Below, piece by piece: positions 12,326-24,811 of a DNA stretch of 64,000 nucleotides (position 1 is the first letter of the stretch; the number at the start of each line of letters is the position of its first letter). The stretch lies in assembly GCA_013265495.1 (NCBI GenBank), contig MU058198.1, positions 3,608,419 to 3,672,418 on the forward strand. The letters run 5' to 3'. The DNA is from Vicugna vicugna (taxonomy: Eukaryota). Below the pieces are notes generated by a model, which did not search any database, was not told the origin of the DNA, and saw only the letters and a list, made by a program, of their open reading frames with translations. The position numbers and the translations under genes were made by a program.

Positions 12326-13159
12326 CGAAATAAACACTTAGATACATCACTCATGCTCTGTGGATCATGTCAAGGATAAAGGAAACAGTATGCTGAAAAC
12401 CCTGGTAAGCTGTGTACATGTGAGAAGTGTTTTGGTGATTCATCGTTGTGTGCCTGGCCACTGTCCATTTTGCTTTTAGAATCAACCCTGGCCAAAAAAG
12501 GAGCTCTGGCTGTTGAGAAGCTGACACCTTGAGGGCAATTTCTGAGTCTTTCTTCGTCTCTCTGTCTCTATTTGATCTTCCTAAACCTTTCACTAATGCA
12601 ACTTTGGGATAGACCAAAGGAACTGGAGGAATGTACTGTTGCTGTTCTTCTTCCCACAGTGGGAGTGACTGATGTTTTACAAAGGGATGGGTGGAAAGGC
12701 GTCGCCTAGCAGGAAACCCTTCTTGGTAAATCGAGGGCTTCTGGGCACAAATAGACGCGAGCTCGCTTGCTGTTTAAATAGAATATTAGCGATCTTTATT
12801 TATCCAGCCAGAGTCTCCTGGGTTTGGTGCTGCCTCAGATTAGCAGTCTGCATTCTCTGCTGCCACGTCTTCACCGGTCCCTCTTTGCATAACCCTGTAT
12901 AGAGATCGCTCCCCGCTAGGTCACCCAAAGCAAAAATATTAATATGTGTTTATTAGCACTGTCTCCCAGGTACCGGGCTAAGCGTCGGCAGGGATTTATC
13001 CTCATTTAAATATCACAGCAGTTCTAGGCGGTTTCAATTTATGGCTGAGGACACTGAGGTGCAGAGAAACCAGCAACCTGCTTTAGCAGACACTGCGGGG
13101 GGTCCTGGCAGCTCCAGCGTCTGTTTGCCTGAGGGCTTCTCTGGCCACTGGCTCATTCT

Positions 13160-13475
13160 GTCCACATGCCTGTTAGGCTTGACATGTGAGGAGTGAGGGA
13201 TTTGGTGGTTCCACCCCCCAGGAACAGCCCCCATCCAGGAATTGATGGGAGTGGGAGGTAAATGCCCCCGAGGCGTGTGCGTCCTAGAGCTCCCCCGCAG
13301 GATTAAGATTCAGTTGCCCAAAATGGTAACGACCTTGAAAACATCCTTTATAGGTTCCCTCCCCTTTCCTGTCCCACTCCCCCTCCTTATCGGTGCTCTC
13401 GGGAACCACCTCTCAGATGAACTGCTTGCACTTCAAGCGATGTCTTAGGATCTGTTTCTGGGGTGTCCCGAAGAG
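13160..13475 (+). mobile_element. ERVL LTR (LTR16-like)
   Basis: 3' end ccacctctcagatgaactgcttgcacttcaag...gtcttaggatctgtttctgggg resembles LTR16. Confidence 0.6.
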
Positions 13476-13684
13476 TCACCCAGGAGCCCATCTAAATGCA
13501 ACAGCCTTTTGTGTCTTCATCCTCCTTGTGGCATTAGACACGATTGCTGGCTGTCCTTTCTTAAAACTCTTCCTCTTTTCGGTTTCTGTGACACCTGGTA
13601 CATTTCTCTTTCTACTTCTGATGCCTCCCTTTTTTTCTCATTCACTGGTTCTTTCTTCGGTTACCCAATTTCAGGCACCGCCAG

Positions 13685-14248
13685 GGTCTCAGTATTTCAG
13701 TTGGAAATAACAGAAAAATCCAACTCAAACTGGTTTAAGTAGAAAAATAAATTACTAGATCACATAATTGGGAATCTTGGGATACACTGGCTTCAGGGAG
13801 GGTGTGATCCAGGTGTTCAGATGATGATCGGCCATCTGAGTCTGTCCACATCATGACTCTGCTTCCTTCTGCATTGCTTTATTCTCAGGCATGGTCTTCA
13901 CTGATGAGTCAGTGGCAACTGGTAGGTCCAGATTTGTCTCCATCAACTCAGGTCCATCCATGGAATGGGAGTGCCTCTGTGCTAAGAGTCTTTGCAGAAG
14001 TTTTCAGTGTCATTCTCATTGACCTGATCATGTATCCATCCCTAAACCAACCCCACTGGTCAGGAGGATGCAGCAATCTCACTGGCCAGGCTGAGCCACG
14101 TAATCAGCCTTGGAGCCAAGATTAGAGTTAGCTTCACCCAGACCACAAGGACAGAGAGAGGGGAGAGGTGGTTTCCCGAAGGAAAACCCAGGTGCTGTTG
14201 CAGAACGGAATGGATTCTGGACAGAAAGAAACAACAGGTGTCCGTACA
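13685..14248 (-). mobile_element. MaLR LTR (old MLT1J/K/L-like)
   Basis: aacagaaaaatccaactcaaactggtttaag...tggcttcagg...gatccagg. Confidence 0.7.
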
Positions 14249-14779
14249 CCATGTCTCAGGGCTCAGCACTTTGCTCTTCTCTGTCTCTGTGAATCATCTC
14301 CTTATTTTTGTTCTTGCCTGCCCGGGCAGGATGCTGAACCCCTGTCCCCAGGCTTCACTTCACTTCTGAGACCTAACCTCAATTCTCTCATCCTGTAGAT
14401 TTTGGGATTTCCATTTGGTTGTGCCACCTAGACCTGAAACTCAGCATGCCCCAACCCTGACCACTGGCCACCTGGCTCCTCATCCTGGTGTCGCTGTTTC
14501 ATCTGTGGGGTCACTCAGGTTTCTGTCTCTCCCTCCTCCCCGCCCCCAGCTTGGGTTCCAGCCACATTGTGTTTCTTTGGGTTCCAGCCACACACTCTCC
14601 CCCGATCACCCTTCTCTGCCAAGTCTCGTTAGTTTCCTTTCCCTGCACCCAGTGGGCTTTTCCCTCCTCTGCCACCGAGCTTCTGACTCAGACTCTGATG
14701 ACCCTTACATTGTGTCTTCCTGGGCAGGGCAGGGCTCATCTGTGTCATTCATTATTCTGTCTTCAGCAGCCCAGACTTA

Positions 14780-15050
14780 GGATTCCGAGTCTGGGCTAGG
14801 GTCTCACGAACCAGGGTTTCAATCCAGGCTGCACCCCTCCTGAGCTGTGAGAACAGAGCCAAGTTCCTTCAGCTCTTCAAGCCTCACTTTTCTCATTTCT
14901 CAAATGGGGATGATGCTGGTCCCTTCCTCACAGAGCTGCTGTGAGGAGTGAACAGTAATCACGCATAGGAAGTGCTCAGCACTGGACTGGACACATGGTA
15001 AACGTGAAATCGGTGCAAACTCTTGATTATTTCCACTTACTGTTATTTTA
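14780..15050 (+). mobile_element. MIR SINE
   Basis: gcctcacttttctcatttctcaaatgggga...cctcacagagctgctgtgagg. Confidence 0.75.
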
Positions 15051-15721
15051 TCTTATCCAGTGTCCAGCACATAACACACTCTCAACAAATGATAGCTCCA
15101 ATTATTAGCCTGAAACATTGTAGGCTTGTTGGATAGTCGAAACGTACATTTTGAAAATTTTGGGGGGTGGGGAGGGAAAAGAGCCCGTTGATGCCCCCTT
15201 TGCAGCACATCTGTTAGGAGCAGTGAGCTCACTGCTCTCCCCGAGGGCGGCGGGAGGGCAGTTTCAGTTGGCGGTTGGAGGCCATCCCTTTCCTAGTGGG
15301 AGGTGATCTTCTCTGATGTCGCTGGGGTGCCCAGGTGGGTGGAGTGCCGCCCGCACGTGTTGGCCTGCTTGATCTAAGGAGGGTGGCCTTGCCCCTCCCG
15401 GGGGAAGAGCCTCATTAAGGTTAGCGAGGGGTGTGTTTCCTAGGACTTCCAAGGGCTGCCTGGGGCGGCTGCAGGAGGCGGTCCCCTTTCCTCATTTTGT
15501 CTCAGTTTAGTTGTCATTAATCTCCACGTGGTGTTTCTCCCTCTGGCTGGCTGCCGGAATGGGTCACCCTCAGGCGTGGCTCTTGGCACGAGAACTGCCG
15601 TAATGATCACCATCATCACCAGCGGCAGCCGTCACCTGGGCTTACTGAGTGTCCGCGTGTGACAGTGTGCTGGCACTTGGTGTACTTTAGGGCTGCTGTG
15701 AGGTTATTTAAATGCGCTTTA

Positions 15722-15922
15722 GAGGGCATCTCTGTCCATGCTGTGAGATGTGGTAGCCGCAAGCCACACCTGCTTACTTAAGTTTCAATCTTAATTAATG
15801 AAAGTTAAATAAAATGGAAAAAAAAATCCAGTTTCTCAGTCACACCAGCTGCATTTCAAGTGGACAGTGCAGTTACAGAACACGTCTGTCATCACATGGG
15901 GTTCTTCTGGGCAAGACTAGTC
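15722..15922. mobile_element. hAT-Charlie MER33/MER3-like DNA transposon relic
   Basis: ggtagccgcaagccaca...tcagtcacaccagctgcatttcaagtg...gacagtgcag. Confidence 0.65.
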
Positions 15923-15926
15923 TGGG

Positions 15927-16097
15927 ACAGGAGGTGGTAAGCCAGGCTTCATGGATCCACTGATTGAATTTGTAAACAGAATTTTAGCAGAAAGCAGCTG
16001 TATCTCCTTGTTTGCATCTTGTGTGTGGCTGCTTTTGTGTTATAAGGACAGATCCTCTCTTCACCTTGAAGAAAAATTTCGCTGACTCCAATCTAGA
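15927..16097. mobile_element. hAT-Charlie MER58-like relic
   Basis: tttgtaaacagaattttagcagaaagcagc...tgtggctgcttttgtg...aaaatttcgctgactcc. Confidence 0.6.
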
Positions 16098-17082
16098 TCA
16101 TTGCCCGCCACTTGATAATTAGATGCTTGCTATTTTTTATTTATATAAAGATAATATAATTTTTGTTCTTTCAATAACCTTTCAAAGTAAGTAATATCTC
16201 CATCTCAGAGATGGGAAAACTGGGGCTGGGGTTCTCTACAGTAATTCCCAGGGAGGGCAGAGACCTCATCTGTTTCATTCATTATATACTTTTATATCTG
16301 GGGCAGTGCCTGGCACACAGTAGACATTCAGTTTTTGATTGGTGAACAATGAATGGATGAATAAATGACTTTATGAACAAATACAAACATCTGATCAGCT
16401 CCATTGTACAGATGAGGAACCAGAGGCCCTTTATAGATATGTTGCCTTGTCAGTGGGCGACGTAGCTGATGGAAATATAGAGCTGGGATTCCAGCTGAAA
16501 TAGCCTGTGGATTTCATATACCTTCCACCCCGCCCACTCTGGAAGCTGCTACGCTGCAGAGTGGGTGCCTCCCCTCTCCCTGCTGCGGCCAGACGTTTGT
16601 TTAGCCAGGCTGGTCCCCATCTCCAGCTGCCAACTCCAGCTGCTCTGTGGTGCTCTTGGGCTCGAAGCTTCCTTTCTGCTGCCGAGGCACTTGGGTCCAA
16701 GTAGGTCGGCCAAGTTTGAGTGATCGCTCTCTTGGCCACTGCAGCTCATGCGGTTTGAGGAGAGACCATCTGTGATTTGACATGTTTGTTACAGCAGAAC
16801 TAAGAGGACCACGGGGGTATCTTTTGCTGTGAAGTCGGAGGCCAAGGGAAACTATACTCTTGCAGTGCCTTCTCAGGTGGTTTCTGTTCACAGTGGCGTC
16901 CCATTGAATTGAGTCAAAGATGCATTAAATGAATCTAGGCCGTGTGACTCCTTCCGGCCACAAAGTCACAGCATTCCATCCCTGCTGGGGCATGAGTTGC
17001 TTCGTGAGGGCTCTGAGGACTAAAGCCTAGGGGCCTCCATTGCCTGGCTGTTCCCTCTTTCATCATCACACGGTTATTTTTC

Positions 17083-17319
17083 TAATTGAAGTATAGTCAG
17101 TTACAATGTGTCAATTTCTGGTGTACAGCATAATGTCCCAGTCATGCACATATATACATATATTTGTTTTCATGTTCTTTTTCATTATAGGTTACTACAA
17201 GATATTGAATGCAGTTCCCTGTGCTATAGAGAAGAAATTTGTCTTTTTAATCTATTTTTTTATACAGCAGTTAATATTTGCAAATCTCGAACTCCCAATT
17301 TATCCCTTCCCACCCCCCA
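17083..17319 (-). mobile_element. Short young L1 3' end
   Basis: L1 3'UTR sequence; 16-bp TSD caca(c/t)ggttatttttc at 17067-17082 and 17320-17335. Confidence 0.92.
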
Positions 17320-17623
17320 CACATGGTTATTTTTCATGTGTTCTGGGGCTAGCTTGCCTGGATTTGAATGCTGCCTTCCCTACCTGCTGCTGCGTGATCT
17401 TCTTGCACAGTTACGCTCTCCCCCTGTGTCTTCCCTTCCTCTTCTAAACAGTAAAGGTAATAATAGGACCTACCACACGGCTGTTGTGGAGATTAAAGGA
17501 GCCAATATATGCCTGGCACAGAGGATCCACTCTGTAAGGGATGGTGATGAGTGTCTCCTCTAATCTTTCATTTCTGATGAGCCGGGGCTATGTCTTGCCT
17601 GCCTTTAAATCCCACACTGTACG

Positions 17624-18570
17624 TTGGGGGTCTCAAACTCAACCATCTGCGGGGGCCTGGAAAAGAACTTAAATGGCTAAGTTGAGCCAGGTGGGGGTTG
17701 CTGTGAAATGGAGAACCCAAGGTGGTCTGAAAGGGGGAACATACCTTCCTGCATTCAACACAGGTTTATTGAGTATCTTCCATGTGCCAAGCACTGTTCT
17801 AATCATGGAGATAAAGCAGTGAATGAACCAGACAAAACTCCTTGCCCTCTTGGAGTCTACATTTTAGTGGACTCCAACTTACTGCTCTATTACCACATAA
17901 GAATATGGGCCCATTCATAAAAAAGAGTGAAATAATTCCATTTGCAGCAACATGGATGGACCTAGAGATGATCATACTAAGTGAAGTCAGAGAAAAACAA
18001 ATACCATATGATGTCACTGATATGTGGAATCTAAAAAAATGCTACAAATGGACTCATTTACAAAATAGACAGAGACTCACAGACATAGAAAACAAACTTA
18101 TGGTTACCAAAGGGGAAAGGAGGGTAGGGATAAATTAGGAATTTGGGACTAACAGATACCCAGTACTATATATAAAACAGATAAACAGGACTTACTCTAT
18201 AGCACAGGGAACTATGTTCAATATCTTATAATAACTTATAATGGAAAAGAATCTGAAAAAGAATATATATACGTATATGTATGTGTGTGTATATGTGTGT
18301 ATATATATTGTAAAACTGTATCACTTTGCTGTACACCTGAAACATTGTCAATCAATTGTATTTCAATAAAATTTTTTTTAAAAATTACAAAAAAAGAAAA
18401 AAAAAGAGTATGGACCCTTTGCCATAACTTTTGATTTTTGGAAAGAAGAGCCAGAAACTTGGATTTTTTTAAAAACCGTAAACTCTCCTATCTAAATATT
18501 GGCAATGTTTTTAGAAGCACAGTGCGGGCCAGACCCAGGGATCCCGAGGGCCGCCAGTTTGCAGCCCCTG
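17624..18570. mobile_element. MER102-like hAT element, interrupted by an L2-like tail (about 17745-17870) and an L1
   Basis: Terminal-inverted-repeat-like ends ggggtctcaaact and agtttgcagcccctg; internal gaagagccagaaacttggatttttt. Confidence 0.55.
17913..18403 (+). mobile_element. 5'-truncated L1 3' end, sense to PRKCB
   Basis: Encodes IIPFAATWMDLEMIILSEV (ORF2 end); AATAAA 18365-18370 and A tail; TSD aaga(a/g)tatgg(g/a)ccc at 17899-17912 and 18404-18417. Confidence 0.93.
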
Positions 18571-19424
18571 CTGTGAGATGCTCCTTGAATAGCTCTGGGA
18601 GGAGGGGAGTCTCTGCTCTGCACACCAGCAGCTGGTCTGATTTCAAGGTCATTGGTGCAAAGGGCACCTCCTCCCCTTCCTGTGTGGAAGTGCCGTGGCT
18701 TTTCTGCCCACAGTGCGGACGATGCAGCTATGCTGTTCGAATATTCCTTCTTTCATCTTCCTTTTGGGCAGGAGCTACAGCTGGGTTCTCAGCCCCCAGA
18801 CAGCATATATCAAGAGAACGGAAGCAGCTTCCAGAGTCACCCATGGGAGACAGAGTGGTGGTGGCAGCAGTGTGGAGCCAATGCAGTGGGTCGGGAAAAC
18901 AGCCTTTGAAGCCTGAGAATTAATTCTCTTTGTTGCCTGAATCTTTTAAAAGTGGAGAACTGATCTAAAAGCCTGTGTGGGAAGGATTGGGAACAGAGTT
19001 GAGGTATAGGATTGAAAACTCTAGGACACCATCAGGAACAATTCCTAACAGTGGGAGATTTTTGGAGAGAGGGTGATGAGATTCCTGGGAAAATGTGGGG
19101 AGTGGTCATGGAGGTTTCACCACCATGCACTTTTTGTTTGGTGTGCATGGTGGTGAAACACTTGCTTTTACAGGGGGTCACCTGTAGGTGGGGCGTGTGC
19201 TCTCTGGTTTGCCTTAATCCCCGTCACTCACTGTTGTTCTTCACCCACTTGCTTGACTCATTTATGCTACTGGCTTTGCCTTCATAGGCTTTAGAGCCCC
19301 CTGTTCTGAGGGAAGCCATATGGCCGAGTGCTTGAGATGGTGGACTCGAGGCTCAAAACCAGCCTGATCTGCCTTTTATCAGCTGGGTGGCCTGGGACAA
19401 GCTCTTCTGTGTCTGTGAAGGTAC

Positions 19425-19840
19425 CTGTCAGGATCCCAACAGGAAACAGACATCACTCAGGTGGCTTCAATGAAGAAGGCTTAGTGAAGAGATTATTTAA
19501 GACCTCTAGGGAGGAAGAAGCAAGTGGAGGAAATAGCATGGGGATGGTGGAGCCAAGGAAGGAGGGATTGCCAGCATGAACGGTGGTCCTGGAGGGACGT
19601 AACTGCTTTTCGAATGGCAGTATCATGCAGGGAGGAAGGCGAAGAAGTACCCTAGCCTCTCTCCTCCTCTCTAGTCTCCTGTTGGTCCCATCCATTGGCT
19701 GAGCTCAGGTGGAAACCAGGAGGCAGGGGGTTGGGGTGATTAATTCTGCAAGGGTCAGAACATCCCCCACCCAAGGCTCAGATCACAGCAAAGTCAGGTG
19801 AAGAATGGATCTGGGAGGGAGGCAGGGAAAACCCACACAC
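19425..19840 (-). mobile_element. ERVL-class LTR (LTR40/41-like) inserted in a MIR
   Basis: Starts tgtcagg, ends cacaca; ccattggctgagctcaggtggaaaccaggaggc; MIR halves on both sides. Confidence 0.55.
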
Positions 19841-20089
19841 TGATCCTCAGTTTCCTGATCTTGAAAGCGGAGGATAATATGACATCCTACCTCAAAAGGT
19901 TACTGGGGTGAAAATACTCAGGAATGTGCCTGCTCAGGAAATGCTGAGACTCTGTGGATCTCAAGATGTTCGTAGCAGCTAAGGGTCCAGAGAAAAGAAT
20001 TCTGTGGGTTCTCTCTCCATACAGTTTCAGGATGAAGGAACCTTTCCCTGCATCCCTTGCAGTGGGGACCTGTGATGATGGTTGCTTTA

Positions 20090-20315
20090 GGGGGAGTATG
20101 AGGTAGAGGGTAGCATTTAAGAATAAAGATACTGGAGCCAGGTAGTATGGGTTCCGGCCCAACTGTCACTTGCTGTCGAGTCACTTAACTTTTCATGCCT
20201 CAGTTTTCTTATCTGTAAAATGGAGCTGTTAGTAATTCCTACCTCATAGGGTTGTGAGGATTGAATGAGGTATCAGCCATATAGTAGGCAATCAGTAGAT
20301 ATTAGCCTTTGTTGC
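20090..20315 (+). mobile_element. MIR SINE
   Basis: gcctcagttttcttatctgtaaaatgg...cctacctcatagggttgtgaggattgaatgag. Confidence 0.85.
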
Positions 20316-21571
20316 TGCTGCCGTCTTCCCTTCCCCCCTCTTTGTTGTTATCATCGTCATCTTCATCATCATCCTCATCATCACTGTTTCTGTGGGTTAC
20401 CTCCAAGCACAACTGACCTGTCATCAATAGAGAAATCCCCCCTGGATGATGTCTACCCCATCTAGTCCTCTCGGGAGCCTCATTGATCATACCATTATCC
20501 TCTCGTCCTCCCACAGATATGATATTTCAGGGAGTGATTGATGGGTGTGTGTGTGTACGTGGGGAAGGGTGGGCTTGTGCCTGACTCCGGGGACACGGTG
20601 CTTTGTTATGTAGAATAGCTTGCCTGTCATCCCACTATGAGCCCCTTCCTTACAAAGTTCCAGGCTATTTTTGAAGCCCTCATGGCTCACATGTTCCTTT
20701 CTCCATCATGTCAATGCCAGCACAGAAACAGCGGAACCTTTTGGCAGAGTATAAAGCAGAAGAGATTTCAAAGTGCATGGAGGATGAGTGTTGCTCAAAT
20801 GACAGGGTATGAAGACGTGACAAGAATGCTGCGTTTCAGAACTGCAGCAGCCTCGTGTTTGTATTTAAGCCTCATTGGATTTCTGGGGAAATCAGTGGAG
20901 GTGCCAAAGGCTAATGTCATCTCTAAGAAGGCATCAGAGGGTAGAATCACCCTGTGCCCCCTGCATAAACACACTCTGGAAGATCTTAAAGGATGCCAGA
21001 GTGGAGCAGGTGGTTGCCCCGGGCAACTCCCAGGTTCTGGGTCCCAGGGTTCTGCAGGTGAAGCAGCTGGTGATGAAGGGGAGGACATCTGCACTGGCTG
21101 CCCCAAAGCTTGGCTGCTGATGCAGAGCCACATTCTGAAGTCTCGCTGTGTGTGGGCGAATCTGTGGGTCTAAGAATGAAGACTCCAAACCCTCACTATT
21201 TGTACATTTACTTACCCCTCCTGTTCTTCCCTGAAAGGCAGAGAATAACTTGGGGAACAGGTAGACCTGAGTTCCAGTCTGCATTCTGCTTCTTACTAGC
21301 TCTTTCATCTTCAGCGAGTGCCTTTAAAGATCCGAGGACTGTTTCTGAGCCTCTGTTTCTTTATTTGAAAGGAACTGTTGCAGCCCTCATGGAGTTAGAG
21401 ATCATGGTATTACAGGACCTCAGGGACTCAAAAAATGTATTCAATGCTCAAATAGTCCTGGGCGGGGATAGATAGACCTTGCTTATACAAATGAGGAAAC
21501 TGAGGCACGGAGTGGCTTGTCTGCGCCACACATGATGAGCACGTGAGCTGGAGTCTGGGCTTTTCTGTAAG

Positions 21572-21790
21572 GGAGGCAGTGTGGGATAGTGGTTAGGGCT
21601 TAACCACCCTCTGGAGTCCCGAGGGCAGGTTTTCAAAACCTCCGTTGAGTCTCACTTTTTCTCTCTGTCAAATGGGGGTTAATAACAGGCTCGCTTCCTA
21701 AAGGTGCAGTGAGGGTTACGGGAGGTAACCCTGTAAACACTTGGCACGGGTCTGGGCTAGAGCAAGTCCTTGAGTAAGCTGCTGTCCTTA
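21572..21790 (+). mobile_element. MIR SINE (further MIR pieces at about 21250-21570)
   Basis: ggaggcagtgtgggatagtggttaggg...ctgtcaaatgggggttaataacag. Confidence 0.7.
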
Positions 21791-21959
21791 TCCACAGTGG
21801 TGCTGGTGAGTGTTGGTGGGAGCGACAGTAGTGGTAGCAGTAGAAGCAGTAGCAAGAGAGTGGTTCCAGGGGTTTGTGACTGTTGACCTCTGGCAACATG
21901 GCCAGTCTTTGTCTTTTTTCTCCCCTCCCCTGAGGATGGACAGTGTCTAGTTAACTCTC

Positions 21960-22370
21960 TGTGTGATCCTTTCTCTAGGGCCACCATTTCCCACCTTTCT
22001 CTGCCCTGTCCTGTGCCTGGGGAGGTAGAGATCCCTGTGGGCTGCATCTCCTGGGATCCCCTGCTGGCTGACTTCTGTCTGAGTTAGGCCAGTGGGAAGT
22101 GGCAGCCAGAGACTAGAGGGCGGGAGGGGAGGGAGGTTGGGGTAGTCCCACCCTCAGCTCCCTCCCTCCATCGCTGGCCTCCTTCTGCACTGATAGCTCC
22201 TGGCCAGTGACCCCTCTTCCTTGGTTCCAGCTCTCACTGGGCTCTTGTTATTTTGTTTCATTAGATTATACCTGCAGCCCTAGGTGTGGTAACAGTGTTC
22301 CACAGTTGCTGCAGTCTTTAATTGAACATCCAGAGTGAATGCCATTTCCTGCTGAGATCCCCGGAGACCT
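21960..22370. mobile_element. ERVL LTR (LTR33-like)
   Basis: ctctgccctgtcctgtgcctggggagg...tggctgacttctgtctgagttaggccagtgggaag; similar to the copy at about 45655-46105. Confidence 0.55.
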
Positions 22371-22466
22371 ATAAACCTATTAAAAATAATGTATTGGATT
22401 GTTTTCATGCTGAAAAAATTAAGTGGTACAACCATGTTGGAAAAAAGTGTAGTTTCTTGCACAGTT

Positions 22467-22639
22467 TTTTATTTCATTTTATTTTTATTGAAGTATAGCC
22501 AATTACAATGTGTCAGTTTCTGGTGTACAGCACAATGTCTTAGTCATGCATATACACACATATATTCATTTTCATATTTTTTCCACTAAAGGTTATTACA
22601 AGATATTGAACATAGTTCCTTGTGCTATACAGAAGAAAC
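22467..22639 (-). mobile_element. Very short young L1 3'-tail copy inserted in an old L1
   Basis: Same sequence class as 10751-10925; imperfect TSD ttcttgcacagtt / ttctcgtacaatt. Confidence 0.9.
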
Positions 22640-23155
22640 TTCTCGTACAATTAAACATAGAGTTTTATACAGCAATTTCATCTGTAGATACTTACCAAGA
22701 TAAGTGAAGACTGTATGCCCACCAAAGACATACAAATGAATGTTCATAGCAGTTTTACTCATAATAGTCAGAAACTGGGGAAAAAAATACCCAAATGTCG
22801 ATCAACAGATGAATGGGTAAACAAACTTTGGACTATCTGTATAACGGAATATTACTTAGCAATCAAAATGAACTACTGATATTGACAACTGCATTATTAA
22901 TCATTCATAATTGAAACATTATTCTGAGTGAAAGAAGGCAGACACACAGTAGTACAGACTGTGTGATTCCATGAATCCACGGTAACAGAAAGCAGATCAG
23001 TGGCTGCTGAAGGCTGGGGCTGGGGTCAGGGGATTTAATTGTAAAAGGGCACAGGGAACTTTTGGGGTGATGCACGTGTAGATTGTGGATAATTACATGA
23101 CTGTAATACACCTCCCAGAACTCATCAAACTGTACATCTCCAATGGCATTTTTTA
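22640..23155 (+). mobile_element. Old L1 (L1MD/ME-like) 3' end
   Basis: gaatgttcatagcagttttactcataatagtc...caacagatgaatgggtaaacaaac...ctgagtgaaagaaggcagac...ctcatcaaactgtaca. Confidence 0.8.
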
Positions 23156-23599
23156 TGACATGCCTGTTTTTCTAATGGGTGTAAGATTTCTATTTAATTT
23201 GAAATTTATTTATTTGAAATCTATTGAAATTTATTGAAATCTATTTATTTGAAAAACTGCACAAATTTGTATGGAACAAAGCCCAGAAAAATGAAGACTA
23301 TGGATTGAATAGTCGTCTGATTAATCATAACGTATATGATAGAGGGAAAATTTTGGACGTAAATCAGCTGAAGTGTATTTTTGTACCACACTTTAAGCTG
23401 TACCACAAGTTTTTCTTTTTTACACAAACAACAAAAAAAAAAAAAGACACCAATAGGCATTCCAGAAGGGAGGATAGTGGAGAACTATTTACACATCATT
23501 TATAAAAGAGCAAGTCTGTAAAAGAGTGTAATATCAAAGTATTAAATCAACCTCGTGAAGTTTATTGAATTTTACATTTGCTTTATTATTATTATTATT

Positions 23600-23828
23600 A
23601 ACTTTTTTTATTGAGTTATAGTCATTTTACTATGTTGTGTCAATTTCCAGTGTAGAGCACAATTTTTCAGTTACACATGAACATACATATATTCATTGTC
23701 GCATTTTTTTCACCATGAGTGACCACAAGATCTTGTACGTATTTCCCTGTGCTATACAGTACAGTCTTGTTTATCTATTCTGCATATGCTGGTTAGTATC
23801 TATAAATTTCGAATTCCCAGTCTATCCC
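23600..23828 (-). mobile_element. Short L1 3' end
   Basis: ttttttattgagttatagtc...tttccctgtgctatacag...cccagtctatccctt; flanked by (tta)n repeats. Confidence 0.88.
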
Positions 23829-24811
23829 TTATTATTATTATTTTTAAGTATTAGGGAAATACAATATTATAAAAAGAAGAATGAGATGCAAAAGTGCTTA
23901 TAACCAGAATATCACTACCACCATCAACATTTCATATGTTATGTGTTTTCTTCCAGTTTTTCCCCTGGTCTTAGATTTTTCCACCCTCAGTGGTCTTATT
24001 CAAATAAAAAAAGGAAGCAAGGGGAAAGTCTCCATCATGAGGACATTTTTGCTATGACTTTACTTGCCTCAGGGCACCTAGGATGATGGTGAGAAGCTTG
24101 TGTCCTGTATCCCCAAATATTGGGAGGAAATAAAAATGTTTAGTCTGGCGAAGGGGACATACTGAGGAGATGAGTGGGACGGGGGCATGGTTGTTGGCTT
24201 CAGATCTCAACCAATCAGTCAGTCAATTAAATATTATTGAGCTCCTACTCATACGCCAGCCCTAGGGGTATGGTGGCAAACAAAGTGTAAGCATGTGGTT
24301 CTTCTGCTTGAATGGAGTTAGCCTGGGAGGGAACAGTATTAATACTAACAACAATGACAAAAGCAGTAATTAATATTTATGGTGAACTTACTATGTGCCA
24401 GCTCTTGTGTTAAGGCTTATTTTTTCTGTTCAAGTTTTTAATATGTTGTTGCATTTAATCTTCCAGAAACTCTGTGAGTAGATACTCTTTTTACCCCCAT
24501 ATTATTATTGAAAATAATAAAGTGGGTTAGAGAGTTTAAGTCCAATGGGATTGTACAATAAGCAGGTTAAACCCGGGCTGGTGGGTCAGGGAAGACTCTC
24601 CGGGGAAGTGACATTTCATCTGAGATCTGAGGAGGGTAAGCATTAGGGAACAGGATGCCGGCTTCAGAGAATGTAGTCAGGGGCTGTTCTGGCTTGGAGT
24701 GATAATGCGGGGTTAGATTTGACAGAAATGGTGATTGGAGGTGAGCAGTGGTGCTGAGGGAGGGGTCGGGGGGGGCTCCCAGTGTGAGTGAGAGGAAGCA
24801 TCCGAAGTGAG

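Noticed and set aside
20345..20385. (CAT)n tract giving poly-His or poly-Asp peptides
   Set aside because: Degenerate trinucleotide repeat next to a MIR tail, with no exon signals.
20637..21173. Longest ORF in the track (178 aa)
   Set aside because: No recognisable domain and no convincing splice or promoter context; a length that can arise by chance in 64 kb across six frames.
23139..23461. ccaatggcatt / ccaataggcatt as TSDs of an insertion
   Set aside because: The left copy is explained by the old L1 3' end sequence and the match is short and gapped, so it was not accepted as a TSD.
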